Assembly: GCA_965224085.1 (NCBI GenBank)
Contig: CBDCYI010000011.1
Location: 1,376,001-1,440,000 of the forward strand
Direction: 5' to 3'
DNA length: 64,000 nt
From: Candidatus Marinacidobacterales bacterium
Lineage (GTDB): Bacteria; Acidobacteriota; Vicinamibacteria; Marinacidobacterales; SMYC01
Translations under genes and position numbers: made by a program
Shown here: positions 1-9,311 of the stretch, piece by piece
Position numbering within the stretch: position 1 is the stretch's first letter
Layout of the letters: the number at the start of each line of letters is the position of its first letter
Notes under the pieces: model-generated
What the model saw: the letters and a program-made list of their open reading frames with translations, nothing else
What the model was told of the DNA's origin: nothing
The model's database searches: none

Positions 1-699
1 GCCCGTGGTCGCATCGAGCACCGCAACGCGTTTGTTCAGATAGCCATCGGCCACGAAGGCTTCGTTGGTCTCGGCATGAAACGAGACCTCGGCGACCCGG
101 CCGAAGCTCTCTTTGTCGTGGCTATTGCCCATCCATTTCTTGTCGTCGTCGGTGTAGTCTTTCGCGCGTCGCGCGCCAGGCATTCCGAATTGATGGAGGA
201 ACTTGCCGTCGCGGGTGAAAACGAGCATGTGCGCGTCATCTCGACCATTGCCGCCAATCCAGAGATTGTCTCTGGGATCGGCCGTGATGCCGTGATTCGA
301 CTGCGGCCAATCATAGCCGTCGGCTGGACCACCAAAATGGCCTACGAGATTGCCGTCGGGGTCGAACTCGAGAACTTGAGGCGCTGGTACGCAGCACTCG
401 CCGGTCGGCGGGTCCTGAACGGCTCCGACTTCCGTTCGCGCGTTCAAGCTCCCCTGGCGGTGAACGATGTATACGTGATCGCGCGAGTCGACGGTGACAC
501 CAATCGCGGAGCCGATGATCCAGTGGTTCGGAAGCGGCTTCGGCCACATCGGGTCGACTTCGAACATCGGCGCTTCTACGTCCGACTCTTCCGCGGCCGA
601 CGTTCCACCGAGGCTCGCTTGCCCAAAAACGAGCGCGACGAGAACGGCAAGAAAGGCCGTGCCAATAACAACGTTTCGTTTTCCTTTCAAGCTCTCCAT
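1..699 (-). CDS. NHL-repeat beta-propeller protein (PAL-like), secreted; runs off window edge
   Basis: Hand translation from ATG 699 (SD GGAGG upstream): signal peptide, then FEVDPMWPKPLPNHW..GVTVDSRDHVYIVHR..WPQSNHGI..FVADGYLNKRVAV. Absent from the ORF track because no stop lies in the window. Confidence 0.8.
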   Translation of the reverse strand, partial: MESLKGKRNVVIGTAFLAVLVALVFGQASLGGTSAAEESDVEAPMFEVDPMWPKPLPNHWIIGSAIGVTVDSRDHVYIVHRQGSLNARTEVGAVQDPPTGECCVPAPQVLEFDPDGNLVGHFGGPADGYDWPQSNHGITADPRDNLWIGGNGRDDAHMLVFTRDGKFLHQFGMPGARRAKDYTDDDKKWMGNSHDKESFGRVAEVSFHAETNEAFVADGYLNKRVAVLDATTG

Positions 700-790
700 C
701 CTTTCACCCTCCACGACAGGAACCGGTAAGCACCCCTGAGAATGGGCGCAAGTATATGTCAGCGGGACTGAGCTTGTCATGTTGTATGAT

Positions 791-834
791 CAGCATCCAG
801 CATCCAGCATCCAGCATTCCGGGTTCAGGGTTCA
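791..834. repeat. Heptamer tandem repeats (CAGCATC)x3-CAGCATT then (GGGTTCA)x2
   Basis: Directly visible in the intergenic region between divergent genes. Confidence 0.85.
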
Positions 835-857
835 GGCTGGTGGCGTCACCGTTTTTC

Positions 858-2168
858 ATGAAGAACGTTCTTGCGATTTTGCTTCTTTTTGTGCCGGTTA
901 GTGCGGCGGGGCACGAGATTCCTGCCGATGTTACGGTCCGGGTGTTTATCCGGCCCGCGGGGAATCGCCTGGAGTTAATCGTGCGGGTTCCGCTCGAGGC
1001 GATGCGGGATATGCAGGTGCCCACGCGCGAGCAGGGCTATCTCGATCTCAGCCGCGTTGACGACGTCTTGCGTGACGCGGCGATTTTGTGGATCTCCGAC
1101 TATGTAGAGATTTATGAAGGTGAGACCCCGCTCGGCAGTCCGGAGATTGTCGCTGTTCGCGCATCCCTACCCTCGAACTTGGCCTTTGCACGATACGAGA
1201 CCGCGCGGGAGCATGTAACGAGCGCGCCGCTTTCCGAGGATACAGAGATTTATTGGGACCAAGGCGTCCTTGACGTCTTGTTCGAGTACGCGATCGGCTC
1301 CGAAGCGTCCGAGTTCTCGATCAACCCCGGCCTCGAGCGGCTCGGGATCCGGGTGATCAACATCATCCGCTTTCTTCCACCGGACGGTATCGTACGCGAG
1401 CTCGATTTTCCCGGCAATCCCGGTCGCATCCCTCTCGACCCCAACTGGGGTCACGTGGCGTTTCGCTTCAGCAAGCTCGGCTTCTTCCACATCCTCGACG
1501 GGCTCGACCATCTGCTATTCCTGTTCTGCCTCGTGATTCCCTTCCGGCGCTTTCGCTCGCTGGTCGTGATCATCACGTCGTTCACGGTGGCGCATTCCAT
1601 CACGCTCATCGCGTCGGCGCTCGGCTACGCACCGGACGCCTTGTGGTTTCCGCCGCTCATCGAAACTCTCATCGCTCTGTCTATCCTCTATATGGCCTTT
1701 GAGAACATCGCGGGCGCGCGTTTGAAACGGCGGTGGCTCATCACGTTCGGCTTCGGGCTCATCCACGGTTTCGGCTTCTCGTTCGTTCTCCGCGAGACGT
1801 TCCAGTTCGCGGGATCGCATCTCGTCACTTCCCTGCTCGCGTTCAACGTCGGCGTCGAGCTCGGACAGCTTCTCGTGCTCGTGCTCATCGTCCCCGCGCT
1901 CGTGCTCTTCTTCCGCTATGGCATCGCTGAGCGGATGGGGACGATCTTCCTTTCTGCGCTCGTCGCGCACTCGGCGTGGCACTGGATGGTGGAGCGCGGC
2001 GGTGCGCTGAGCCAGTTCGGCTGGCCGGTCATGGACGCGGCGTTCTTCGCAGGCGTCTTGCAGCTGTTGATGTTCGCGGTGCTTTTCGCTGCGTTCGTTT
2101 GGCTCTGGGGCGTGCTCCGAACTCGAAGTCCAGAAGACGAAGCGGCGCCTCTCGAGGCAGAGAAATAG
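858..2168 (+). CDS. HupE/UreJ-family membrane protein with N-terminal periplasmic domain
   Basis: Signal peptide ending AAGH; motifs GFFHILDGLDHLLFL, FTVAHSITL, FGLIHGFGF, FNVGVELGQ. Confidence 0.85.
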   Translation: MKNVLAILLLFVPVSAAGHEIPADVTVRVFIRPAGNRLELIVRVPLEAMRDMQVPTREQGYLDLSRVDDVLRDAAILWISDYVEIYEGETPLGSPEIVAVRASLPSNLAFARYETAREHVTSAPLSEDTEIYWDQGVLDVLFEYAIGSEASEFSINPGLERLGIRVINIIRFLPPDGIVRELDFPGNPGRIPLDPNWGHVAFRFSKLGFFHILDGLDHLLFLFCLVIPFRRFRSLVVIITSFTVAHSITLIASALGYAPDALWFPPLIETLIALSILYMAFENIAGARLKRRWLITFGFGLIHGFGFSFVLRETFQFAGSHLVTSLLAFNVGVELGQLLVLVLIVPALVLFFRYGIAERMGTIFLSALVAHSAWHWMVERGGALSQFGWPVMDAAFFAGVLQLLMFAVLFAAFVWLWGVLRTRSPEDEAAPLEAEK

Positions 2169-2206
2169 CGCGTGGCGCATTACGCCGCTGGTTCCTCGCG
2201 CGAAGC

Positions 2207-2842
2207 ATGACGCGACTTGCTCTCGCCCTCCTGCCAGCAATCCTGCTGGGGTGCTCCGAGCCCGAGGCGCCGGCACCCACGCCGGAGGAAGATGCGCCCA
2301 CGTTGCAAGAAACGGGCATCGCTGTGACCGGCCGAGCGCCTCGAGCGAGCGGTGGCTTCCCTTCCGTAGTTCTTTTCGAACCCGTCGACGCCGAGCCATT
2401 CCCGGTGCCGGAGACGAAGCCGCTCATGGACCAATACGGAATGGAGTTTCATCCGAACATTCTTCTCGCGCGCGCCGGGCAAACGCTCGAGTTCCGCAAC
2501 AGCGAAGACGAGCTTCACAGTGTCCGCGTCGTGAATACCAGAAGCCGCGTAACGCTCTTCAACGTCGCGACGCCTATCGTGGGCTCGTACTCGCACAAGT
2601 TCGAAGAGCCCAGCGAGTACGACGTCGCTTGCGATACCCATCCTGCGATGGCGGCCTTCATCATCGTTAGCGAGACACCCTATGTGGTCATCGCCGACAA
2701 GAACGGACCGTTTACGCTCGACGCGCTCCCCGAAGGCTCGTACAACGTCCGGGTTTGGAACGTGAGCGAGAAGCGCCGCATCGAAACGACGATCTACATT
2801 GATGAGGAGCACGCCGCGCTCAACCTGAGAGTCGGAGAATAG
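2207..2842 (+). CDS. Cupredoxin-like lipoprotein with carboxypeptidase-regulatory-like C-terminus
   Basis: Lipobox LLGC; MDQ..F.P, F.NS...HSV and CDTHPAM, an arrangement resembling type-1 copper ligands. Confidence 0.65.
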   Translation: MTRLALALLPAILLGCSEPEAPAPTPEEDAPTLQETGIAVTGRAPRASGGFPSVVLFEPVDAEPFPVPETKPLMDQYGMEFHPNILLARAGQTLEFRNSEDELHSVRVVNTRSRVTLFNVATPIVGSYSHKFEEPSEYDVACDTHPAMAAFIIVSETPYVVIADKNGPFTLDALPEGSYNVRVWNVSEKRRIETTIYIDEEHAALNLRVGE

Positions 2843-2875
2843 AGAGGCGCCCCTGCTACAAAACCAGCTTCGAAC

Positions 2876-3428
2876 CTACTGAAGCCGAGCTCGCCCGGGC
2901 GGGATCCGAAGACGGCGGGCGTGATCGTGGCAGGCGGTCTGGATATCGCGCGTGGATTGCTTCGCCTGCGCGACTTCCTCCGGCATCGAAGCGCAATCGA
3001 CGGTCCAGTACCACCCAACGAAGCCGGGCCTTTCAGGGGGGGGCGGTACCGTCGTCGCAATAACTTTTGAAAGCTTCGGCGTCGCTCAACATCTCCTTCG
3101 CGTCTCGATAGGCCGTTTGGTAGTCTTCGTAAAGCTCGGCCCAAGGGTCCGCGTCGACGCTCTCCGCCAAATTGTCGAGCGCAAAGCTCACGACTGAAGC
3201 TTCGGGGACGGAGAATGCGTCCTCGGACACGGACGGCTCGTCGGCGGCATCGATCTCGTCCCCTCGACCCGAGCCCAACTGCGCTTCCGTAATGACCTTG
3301 CTCGGGTGCTTCTTGCCGAGGTTCGCACGGCGAACTATTTCTTTTTCAGCAACTTGGCCGAGCGTCTGCCCATTTGCCGAAAAAGCGCAAAAGAACAGGC
3401 CGATTGTAATCGTGCAAATATGGCGCAT
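2876..3428 (-). pseudogene. Secreted QxLGxVA-type hypothetical protein, frameshifted in a C8 run
   Basis: ORF stops right after the G8 run (3036-3043, + strand). Removing one base continues ERPGFVGWYWTVDC...ARRLRIPPGRARLQ* to TAG at 2876. Confidence 0.65.
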
Positions 3429-3510
3429 GGACCAGTCCCCCCCGAACGGTCGGCCCACATTCTATAACGTTTGACCCCCTGAACGCGAGGGGTACCCCTA
3501 GAACAGCAAG

Positions 3511-3579
3511 TCAGCAATGGCGGCTTCTGTTACTGACAAGCTATCGGACATTTCTGATATGGTCGCTTTGCTGGATTAG
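3511..3579 (+). pseudogene. Fossil of IS1-like transposase C-terminus
   Basis: Translates SAMAASVTDKLSDISDMVALLD*, resembling the TPAMAAGVTD.LW...D.V.LL C-terminal motif. Confidence 0.45.
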
Positions 3580-3698
3580 CAAAGAAAACTAAGGAAAAAA
3601 GTTCGCCTAATATTGCCGGATACGGTTTTCAGATCAACGGCACATGTGTTCGCACTTTCGTCGCTACACCATAGTCGTAACCTCGGGCTAGGAAACCA

Positions 3699-4448
3699 TT
3701 GCAGACCGCGGTCAAGAGCCTTTTGAAGACCCTCGGGCTGAAGGTGAGCCGACTGCGTGCCGTGGGGCGTTTCCAGGCCATGGATGCATGTTTGGAGCGC
3801 ATGCGTGCCCTCGATTACGAGCCCGCCGTCATCATCGACGGGGGCGCGAACTTTGGTCAATTCTACGGACTGGCGAGCGCCGTCTACCCGCGAGCGGAGT
3901 TCCACCTCATCGAGCCGCAGGCCGCCTGCGCTCACGAGTTCACGAAGATCGCGGGTCGGAGCTCAGCACGGATTCACGTGCACAACGTTGCCCTCAGCGA
4001 GCCGGGCGTGAACGTGGTCCGCCTGCTCGGGACGGGACCCAATGGAGGAAGCTCGGGGGCCCCATGTCGCCGAGCCGGGGGAGTCCGAGCCAAACGAGTT
4101 GGTCGTGCCGGCAACGACGCTCGATAAACTTTTGAGCGGGGTTGTCGTGGACGAGCAGCGGAGCCTCTTGAAGCTGGACGTGGAAGGGCACGAGCTTGCA
4201 TTCTTCGAGGCGCTCCGAAGCTGCTTGAGAAAATCGAGGCCGTCCTTCTGGAGGTACAGTTCTATGACATCCACGGCTCGGGGCGGCCCGTCTTCGAGCA
4301 AGTAGCCAGCTTCGTTCACCGGCAGGGCTTCCATCTGTACGATATCGCCTCCTTGACACCGCGACCCCGCGACATGAGGCTTCGCATGGGCGATGTGATG
4401 TTCGTTCGAACGGGAAGCCGCCTTCTCCTTGATGACGGCTGGGCTTAA
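3699..4448 (+). pseudogene. FkbM-family SAM methyltransferase with two compensating frameshifts
   Basis: IIDGGANFG (first frame), LLKLDVEGHEL (second frame), VLLEVQF...GDVMFV (back in first frame); shifts near 4061 and 4200. Confidence 0.75.
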
Positions 4449-4571
4449 AAGATGCTTCCGTCGTGAATTTGAAACTGCTCCCGACGAGGCCGAAGGCCGG
4501 CTGCCGATGTACTTTCCCCCGCCATCACAACGCCACGGATTCGCCACATTGGAGCTCTACGATGGCCCTAG

Positions 4572-5555
4572 ATGAAAGACCTACGGGTTTACGACCGCAT
4601 CTCCGAGGCGGTCGGCTGGACCCCGATGGTACGCCTCGCACGCGCCCTTCCCGATACCGCGTGTGAGGTCTACACGAAGCTCGAGTTCCTCAATCCAATG
4701 GGGAGCACAAAGGACCGCATCGCGCGCCATTTCATCGAGCAGGCGATGACGTGCGGCAAGCTAGAGACAGGAGGCACCGTGGTCGAAGCCTCCTCGGGAA
4801 ACACTGCGATGGGGCTAGCCATGATGGCGACGCTCGAAGGATTGCACCTGAAGATTATCGTACGAAAAGAAACGAGCCCGGAGAAACTCTCCAATTTACA
4901 AGCGCTCGGCGCGGAGCTCATTCTCGTTGATGGCGATCGCCCACCGGAGGATCCGGAGAGCTTCAACCGAAAGGCGCCGCTCGTGGCGGATGCCATCCCG
5001 GGAGCGTGGTTTCCCGACCAGCACAACAACCGCGCGAATAACGACGCGCATTACCGAACGACAGGGCCGGAGATCTGGGAGCAGATGGAAGGACGCGTCG
5101 ATGTGCTCGTCGCCGGCATCGGCACCGGTGGCACGCTCTCCGGGACGGCGCGTTATCTGAAAGAGCAGAACCCGGAGCTGCGGGTGATCGCAGTCGACGG
5201 CGAGGGCTCGGTCTTTACGGAATACTTTCGCACGGGCCGCCACGGCGCCTCGACGCCGTACATGCTCGAAGGCCTCGGCGACGAGGAGATCATCGGGTGT
5301 CCCGAGTTCGAGCTCTTCGACGACATGATTCAGGTCAAGGACCGCGACGCGTTCTTGAGCGCGCGAGAACTTGCGCGCACCGAGGCGATGTTCGCGGGCG
5401 GCTCGAGCGGCGCAGCTTTGTGGGCCACGCTTCAAGTGGCACGCACGGAGCCTGCGACGTCGCGCATCGTGACGATTTTTTCCGACGCTGGCACCCGCTA
5501 CCTGAGCACGATCTACAACGACGTTTGGATGCGCGAGAAAGGCTTTCTCAGCTAG
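4572..5555 (+). CDS. PLP-dependent cysteine synthase / cystathionine beta-synthase family
   Basis: KLEFLNPMGSTKDR, EASSGNT, GIGTGGT, GGSSGA motifs. Confidence 0.9.
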   Translation: MKDLRVYDRISEAVGWTPMVRLARALPDTACEVYTKLEFLNPMGSTKDRIARHFIEQAMTCGKLETGGTVVEASSGNTAMGLAMMATLEGLHLKIIVRKETSPEKLSNLQALGAELILVDGDRPPEDPESFNRKAPLVADAIPGAWFPDQHNNRANNDAHYRTTGPEIWEQMEGRVDVLVAGIGTGGTLSGTARYLKEQNPELRVIAVDGEGSVFTEYFRTGRHGASTPYMLEGLGDEEIIGCPEFELFDDMIQVKDRDAFLSARELARTEAMFAGGSSGAALWATLQVARTEPATSRIVTIFSDAGTRYLSTIYNDVWMREKGFLS

Positions 5556-6210
5556 AAGGGTCCGAGCTCGTTGCTTGCGCGGCCTTCTTCACCAGCTCGC
5601 CGTGCTGCTTCGCCTGAGCCACGCCGCCCTCACGCGCTTGCCAGCTCACCCGGCCGTCGCCATTGGCGTCGACGCCTTCGAGGACGTGCTGCGTCAGCTC
5701 CGCGATCTTCTGAGTCGCGTCCGCAGCGTCCTTGGCGGACTCGGCGTTCACGACTTTTTGGGACTCGGTGAGGATCGTCGTGCACCAGGCGACGACGTTT
5801 CGGGCACTCGTCGCGACGTGGTTGGCGTGCATCTCGATACCTTCCGACGAGCCAACCGACTTGGTCGCAAGCATGATATGGGTCTCGACTCCTTTCGCAG
5901 CTTTCGAGACGCCGTAGCCTTTGCCCGGCCCCTTGGGCTCGGTGGACGGATCCACAGCGTGGCGGACGTGACGGATGTGACGTTGCATCGATTCGAGGCT
6001 CTCGGTGTCCGCGGCTGCAAGCTTGGCGTGGTGCGCCGCAATCTGGGCCTCCTCCTCCAAAATGCTAAGAAGCCCCACCCGGTCCGGCGTGCCATTAATG
6101 GCGTCGACGACGTGACGAATGTGGACCTGCGCGGGCGTCGGCTCTTGCTGAGAGGCCGCCGCCACTGGGAACGAGAGAGTAACCAAGGCAAGGAATCGAA
6201 AGAATCTCAT
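5548..6210 (-). CDS. Secreted His-rich helical hypothetical protein with DxNxDG motif
   Basis: Signal peptide MRFFRFLALVTLSFPVAAA; many His residues on amphipathic helices; DANGDG. Confidence 0.65.
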   Translation of the reverse strand: MRFFRFLALVTLSFPVAAASQQEPTPAQVHIRHVVDAINGTPDRVGLLSILEEEAQIAAHHAKLAAADTESLESMQRHIRHVRHAVDPSTEPKGPGKGYGVSKAAKGVETHIMLATKSVGSSEGIEMHANHVATSARNVVAWCTTILTESQKVVNAESAKDAADATQKIAELTQHVLEGVDANGDGRVSWQAREGGVAQAKQHGELVKKAAQATSSDPSS

Positions 6211-6275
6211 AATGATGCTCCGTCTTTTCGAGAATGCTCTAGCGAAGATTACCAAAAACGGAGCGTCGAGAAAAC

Positions 6276-7898
6276 TCACGAGCTACACGAGAGCATCGAG
6301 CAGCCGGGGCGATCACGAGCCCAGTCGGGACGCTTTTGGGCGTGCTCTTCTCTTCCGGGCTGCTCGGCGTAAGGGTGTCGCAGCACGTCGAGCAGCTCTT
6401 GGACAAGCGCGTAATCTCCCGCCTCGGCTTTGTCGGTGGCGAGCTGGGCCATGTAATTCCTGAGCACATATTTGGGGTTCACGGCGTCCATGCGCTCACG
6501 ACGAACGGCACCGGGAACGGCGTCCTCTCTTAGACGGGCGCGATAGGTTCGAAGCCAGCGCGCCCAACGTTGCCGATGCTCTACCGTCAACGCGTCGGGT
6601 GTGTAGAAAGCATCCATCAGCGGCGCCAGAAAAACATCGTCACGGACTTCGTCGTCCGGCCCCGACGCATCCGCGGCGACGAGGGCCAAGCGGCGATAGA
6701 AGATAGTCATGTCCGTTTCGGCAAGACGCAAAAGCTTCTGAAGCTCCGCGAAGCACTCGCTGTCGGGCTCCTTTTTGTAGGACTCGAACCCTAGCTTACT
6801 CGCCATCATCGCCGTCCACGCCTTCTCGAACGTCTTCGGATAGACCTCGAGGGCAGCCTGAATCGCCGGGACGTCCTCGATGAGAGGATGGATGGCGTTA
6901 GCAAGCTGGACGAGGTTCCACATCGCGATGTGCGATTGATGGCCGAAACGGTAGCGGCGGCCCGTGGCATCAGTGGTGTTCGGCGTCCAATCGGGATCGA
7001 AATCGTCGAGCCAACCATACGGGCCGTAGTCGATCGTGAGACCGACGATGGACATATTATCGGAGTTCATCACGCCGTGAACGAAGCCCACGCGGAGCCA
7101 ATGCACGATGAGTTCCGCCGTCTTGCGGCAAACCTCCTCGAAGCAAGCCACATAGGTGGCCTTCGACGGCTCACCCAAGTGCGGGAAATCATTCCGAATC
7201 GTGTAATCGGCGAGCTTGCGCAAGACGTCGATCTCGCCACGGGACGTGAAGATCTCGAAACTCCCGAAGCGAGTAAACGAGGGCGCGACCCTGCAAACGA
7301 TGGCGCCAGGCTCGAGCGCCGAATGGCCGTCGTAGAACATGTCCCGCATGACCTCTTCGCCCGTGAGCACGAGGCTCAAGGCCCGCGTCGTGGGAACGCC
7401 AAGATGGAACATCGCCTCACTACACAAGAACTCGCGTAGCGAAGAGCGCAGAACCGCGAGCCCGTCCGCCGAGCGCGCGTAGGGCGTCGGCCCAGCTCCT
7501 TTGAGCTGGAGTGTCGACCGCAGCGCCCCCTCGCCGGCGACCTCCCCAAGATTGATGGCCCGTCCATCACCGAGCTGCCCCGCCCAATGACCGAATTGAT
7601 GGCCGCCATAGCAGGTCGCGTAGGGGTCCATACCTTTCAGCACCCGATTCCCGGAAAAAACCTGGACGAAATCCTCCGACCGGGCCGTATCGGGCCAGAG
7701 CCCAAGCCCTTCCGCGACCTCCGCGGAATAAGCGACCAGCGCCGGCGCGCGAACTCTGGCAGGGTGGACACGAGAAAAGCACGCGCCGAAGACTTGGCGT
7801 GGTCGATTCGTTTCATCGGGATCTGCGGGGAGCTCCCGAGTGAAACGGTTGTCGAAAACTAGCTCGTCCAGAGTCTTCGATGCTAACACGGAGGGCAT
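6276..7898 (-). CDS. selO: Protein adenylyltransferase SelO/YdiU
   Basis: YGGHQFG..GQLGDGRA, LKGAG.TPY, GFVHGVMNSDN, IDYGPY, C-terminal CSMLSCSS. Confidence 0.95.
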   Translation of the reverse strand: MPSVLASKTLDELVFDNRFTRELPADPDETNRPRQVFGACFSRVHPARVRAPALVAYSAEVAEGLGLWPDTARSEDFVQVFSGNRVLKGMDPYATCYGGHQFGHWAGQLGDGRAINLGEVAGEGALRSTLQLKGAGPTPYARSADGLAVLRSSLREFLCSEAMFHLGVPTTRALSLVLTGEEVMRDMFYDGHSALEPGAIVCRVAPSFTRFGSFEIFTSRGEIDVLRKLADYTIRNDFPHLGEPSKATYVACFEEVCRKTAELIVHWLRVGFVHGVMNSDNMSIVGLTIDYGPYGWLDDFDPDWTPNTTDATGRRYRFGHQSHIAMWNLVQLANAIHPLIEDVPAIQAALEVYPKTFEKAWTAMMASKLGFESYKKEPDSECFAELQKLLRLAETDMTIFYRRLALVAADASGPDDEVRDDVFLAPLMDAFYTPDALTVEHRQRWARWLRTYRARLREDAVPGAVRRERMDAVNPKYVLRNYMAQLATDKAEAGDYALVQELLDVLRHPYAEQPGREEHAQKRPDWARDRPGCSMLSCSS

Positions 7899-7960
7899 GC
7901 CGAAATGCTAGCACACGCCGTAGCACTCACGGGCGTTTCGTCTCGCTTTGAACTTTGGCT

Positions 7961-7989
7961 TTGACAAACGCGCCGGTTGGACCTACATT
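7961..7989 (+). promoter_or_regulatory. Sigma70-type promoter for the aldo/keto reductase
   Basis: TTGACA-17 bp-TACATT. Confidence 0.6.
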
Positions 7990-8011
7990 CGTGTCCGAGA
8001 GGTCAAAGGCC

Positions 8012-8986
8012 ATGGCATCTTCCGACAAGAGGATCGATCGACGAGATTTTCTCAAGACGACCGTTGGCGCTGGACTCGTCGCATCGGCGTCCAATCCGGC
8101 GGGCGCACAGCCGTCCGGCCTTCCACGCCGTGAGCTCGGCAAAACGGGTGTCAAGGTCTCCGTTCTCGCTTTCGGAGGAGGAAGCCATTTCCTTGGCCGT
8201 GTCGACGGCAGCGAAGACAAAGTCAGAGCACTGATCGAAAGAGCGCTCGAGCTCGGGATCAACTATTTCGACACCGCAGCCGGCTACACTTTTCGTCCCC
8301 AGGTCCGATTATCCGAGACCTACTTTGGACGAATTTTGGCTCCGCACCGAGAACGAATCTTCCTCGCCTCCAAGGCCCAGGATCGCGACCGGGAAGGGAT
8401 GCTCCGCTCGGTCGAAAAAAGCCTGGAGCTCCTTCAAACCGACCATCTCGATCTCATCCAGATGCACAGCCTCTCTCAGCTGGATGAGCTCGACCGACTC
8501 GAGGCGCCGGACGGCGCGCTGACGGCACTTCGGGAGTTGAAAGACCAAGGAGTGGTGCGATTCTATGGAGCCACGGGACACTACAATCCGGCCGTCTTGC
8601 TGGAGGCCGTGCGCCGTTTCGATATCGATACGCTTCTCGTCTCAATGAACGCCGCGCAAGCGAGACATCCGCTATCGATGAGCCCGGACAAGCCGCTAGC
8701 CGCGTTCGAAGAAGAGGTGCTTCCGGCGGCGGTGGAAAAGGGCATCGGTGTCATTGCGATGAAGGTCATGGGCCAGTCGAGCATCGTCGGCCACGGAGAA
8801 GGTAAGGCAACGCCGGAGGAGCTCATTCGCTACGATCTGTCACTCCCCATCGCAGCTTGCGACATCGGCCACACGAGCATCCCGATCCTCGAGCAGAACG
8901 TAGCCGCGGCCCGCCGCTTCGCCCCGATGAGTAGCGGCGAGATGGCGGCTCTGAACGCTCGGCTGGCACCAAGCGCGCGCGCTTGA
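8012..8986 (+). CDS. Aldo/keto reductase with twin-arginine signal
   Basis: DRRDFLK Tat motif; RELGKTG..VS.L, GINYFDTA..Y, SL..LQTD.LDL..MH, G.IAMK. Confidence 0.9.
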   Translation: MASSDKRIDRRDFLKTTVGAGLVASASNPAGAQPSGLPRRELGKTGVKVSVLAFGGGSHFLGRVDGSEDKVRALIERALELGINYFDTAAGYTFRPQVRLSETYFGRILAPHRERIFLASKAQDRDREGMLRSVEKSLELLQTDHLDLIQMHSLSQLDELDRLEAPDGALTALRELKDQGVVRFYGATGHYNPAVLLEAVRRFDIDTLLVSMNAAQARHPLSMSPDKPLAAFEEEVLPAAVEKGIGVIAMKVMGQSSIVGHGEGKATPEELIRYDLSLPIAACDIGHTSIPILEQNVAAARRFAPMSSGEMAALNARLAPSARA

Positions 8987-9008
8987 AGAGCGCGCGGCCC
9001 ACGTCGCG

Positions 9009-9207
9009 ATTCGTCCCGGCCGTCTACACGAGCACGGACTGGAAAAACAGGATCGTCATGTGAAAATGGACTGCGATGAGAATCCCCAAGATCGCCTGTC
9101 TCTCGTCAAACCAATCCGAGCGGTGGGTCGCGTTCTCGCGCAACCAAAAGGACGACCTCGCCACGATAGATTTGTTCACGGTGCCGACCGCGTCGCTTCG
9201 GCTGTTA
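9009..9207 (+). pseudogene. Degraded integrase-core (rve, IS481-like) transposase fossil
   Basis: Fragments RPGR, M...ENP and RWVAFSRNQKDDLATIDLFTVPTASLRLL, resembling W.TFL.NH....A.DFFTVPT..FR.L. Confidence 0.55.
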
Positions 9208-9311
9208 GCTCCCAGCTCCCGCTCCAATTAATGATGACGAACGACGGGTCGCCACCCGCATCGAATGGACACCGAGACCTCGTTCGCGACGGCCGCTCTA
9301 AGCGGTAAGCC

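Noticed and set aside
6270-6300. Possible selenocysteine at the selO TGA
   Set aside because: The C-terminus SCSS already has Cys at the position where Sec occurs in selenoprotein versions; TGA is at the normal end.
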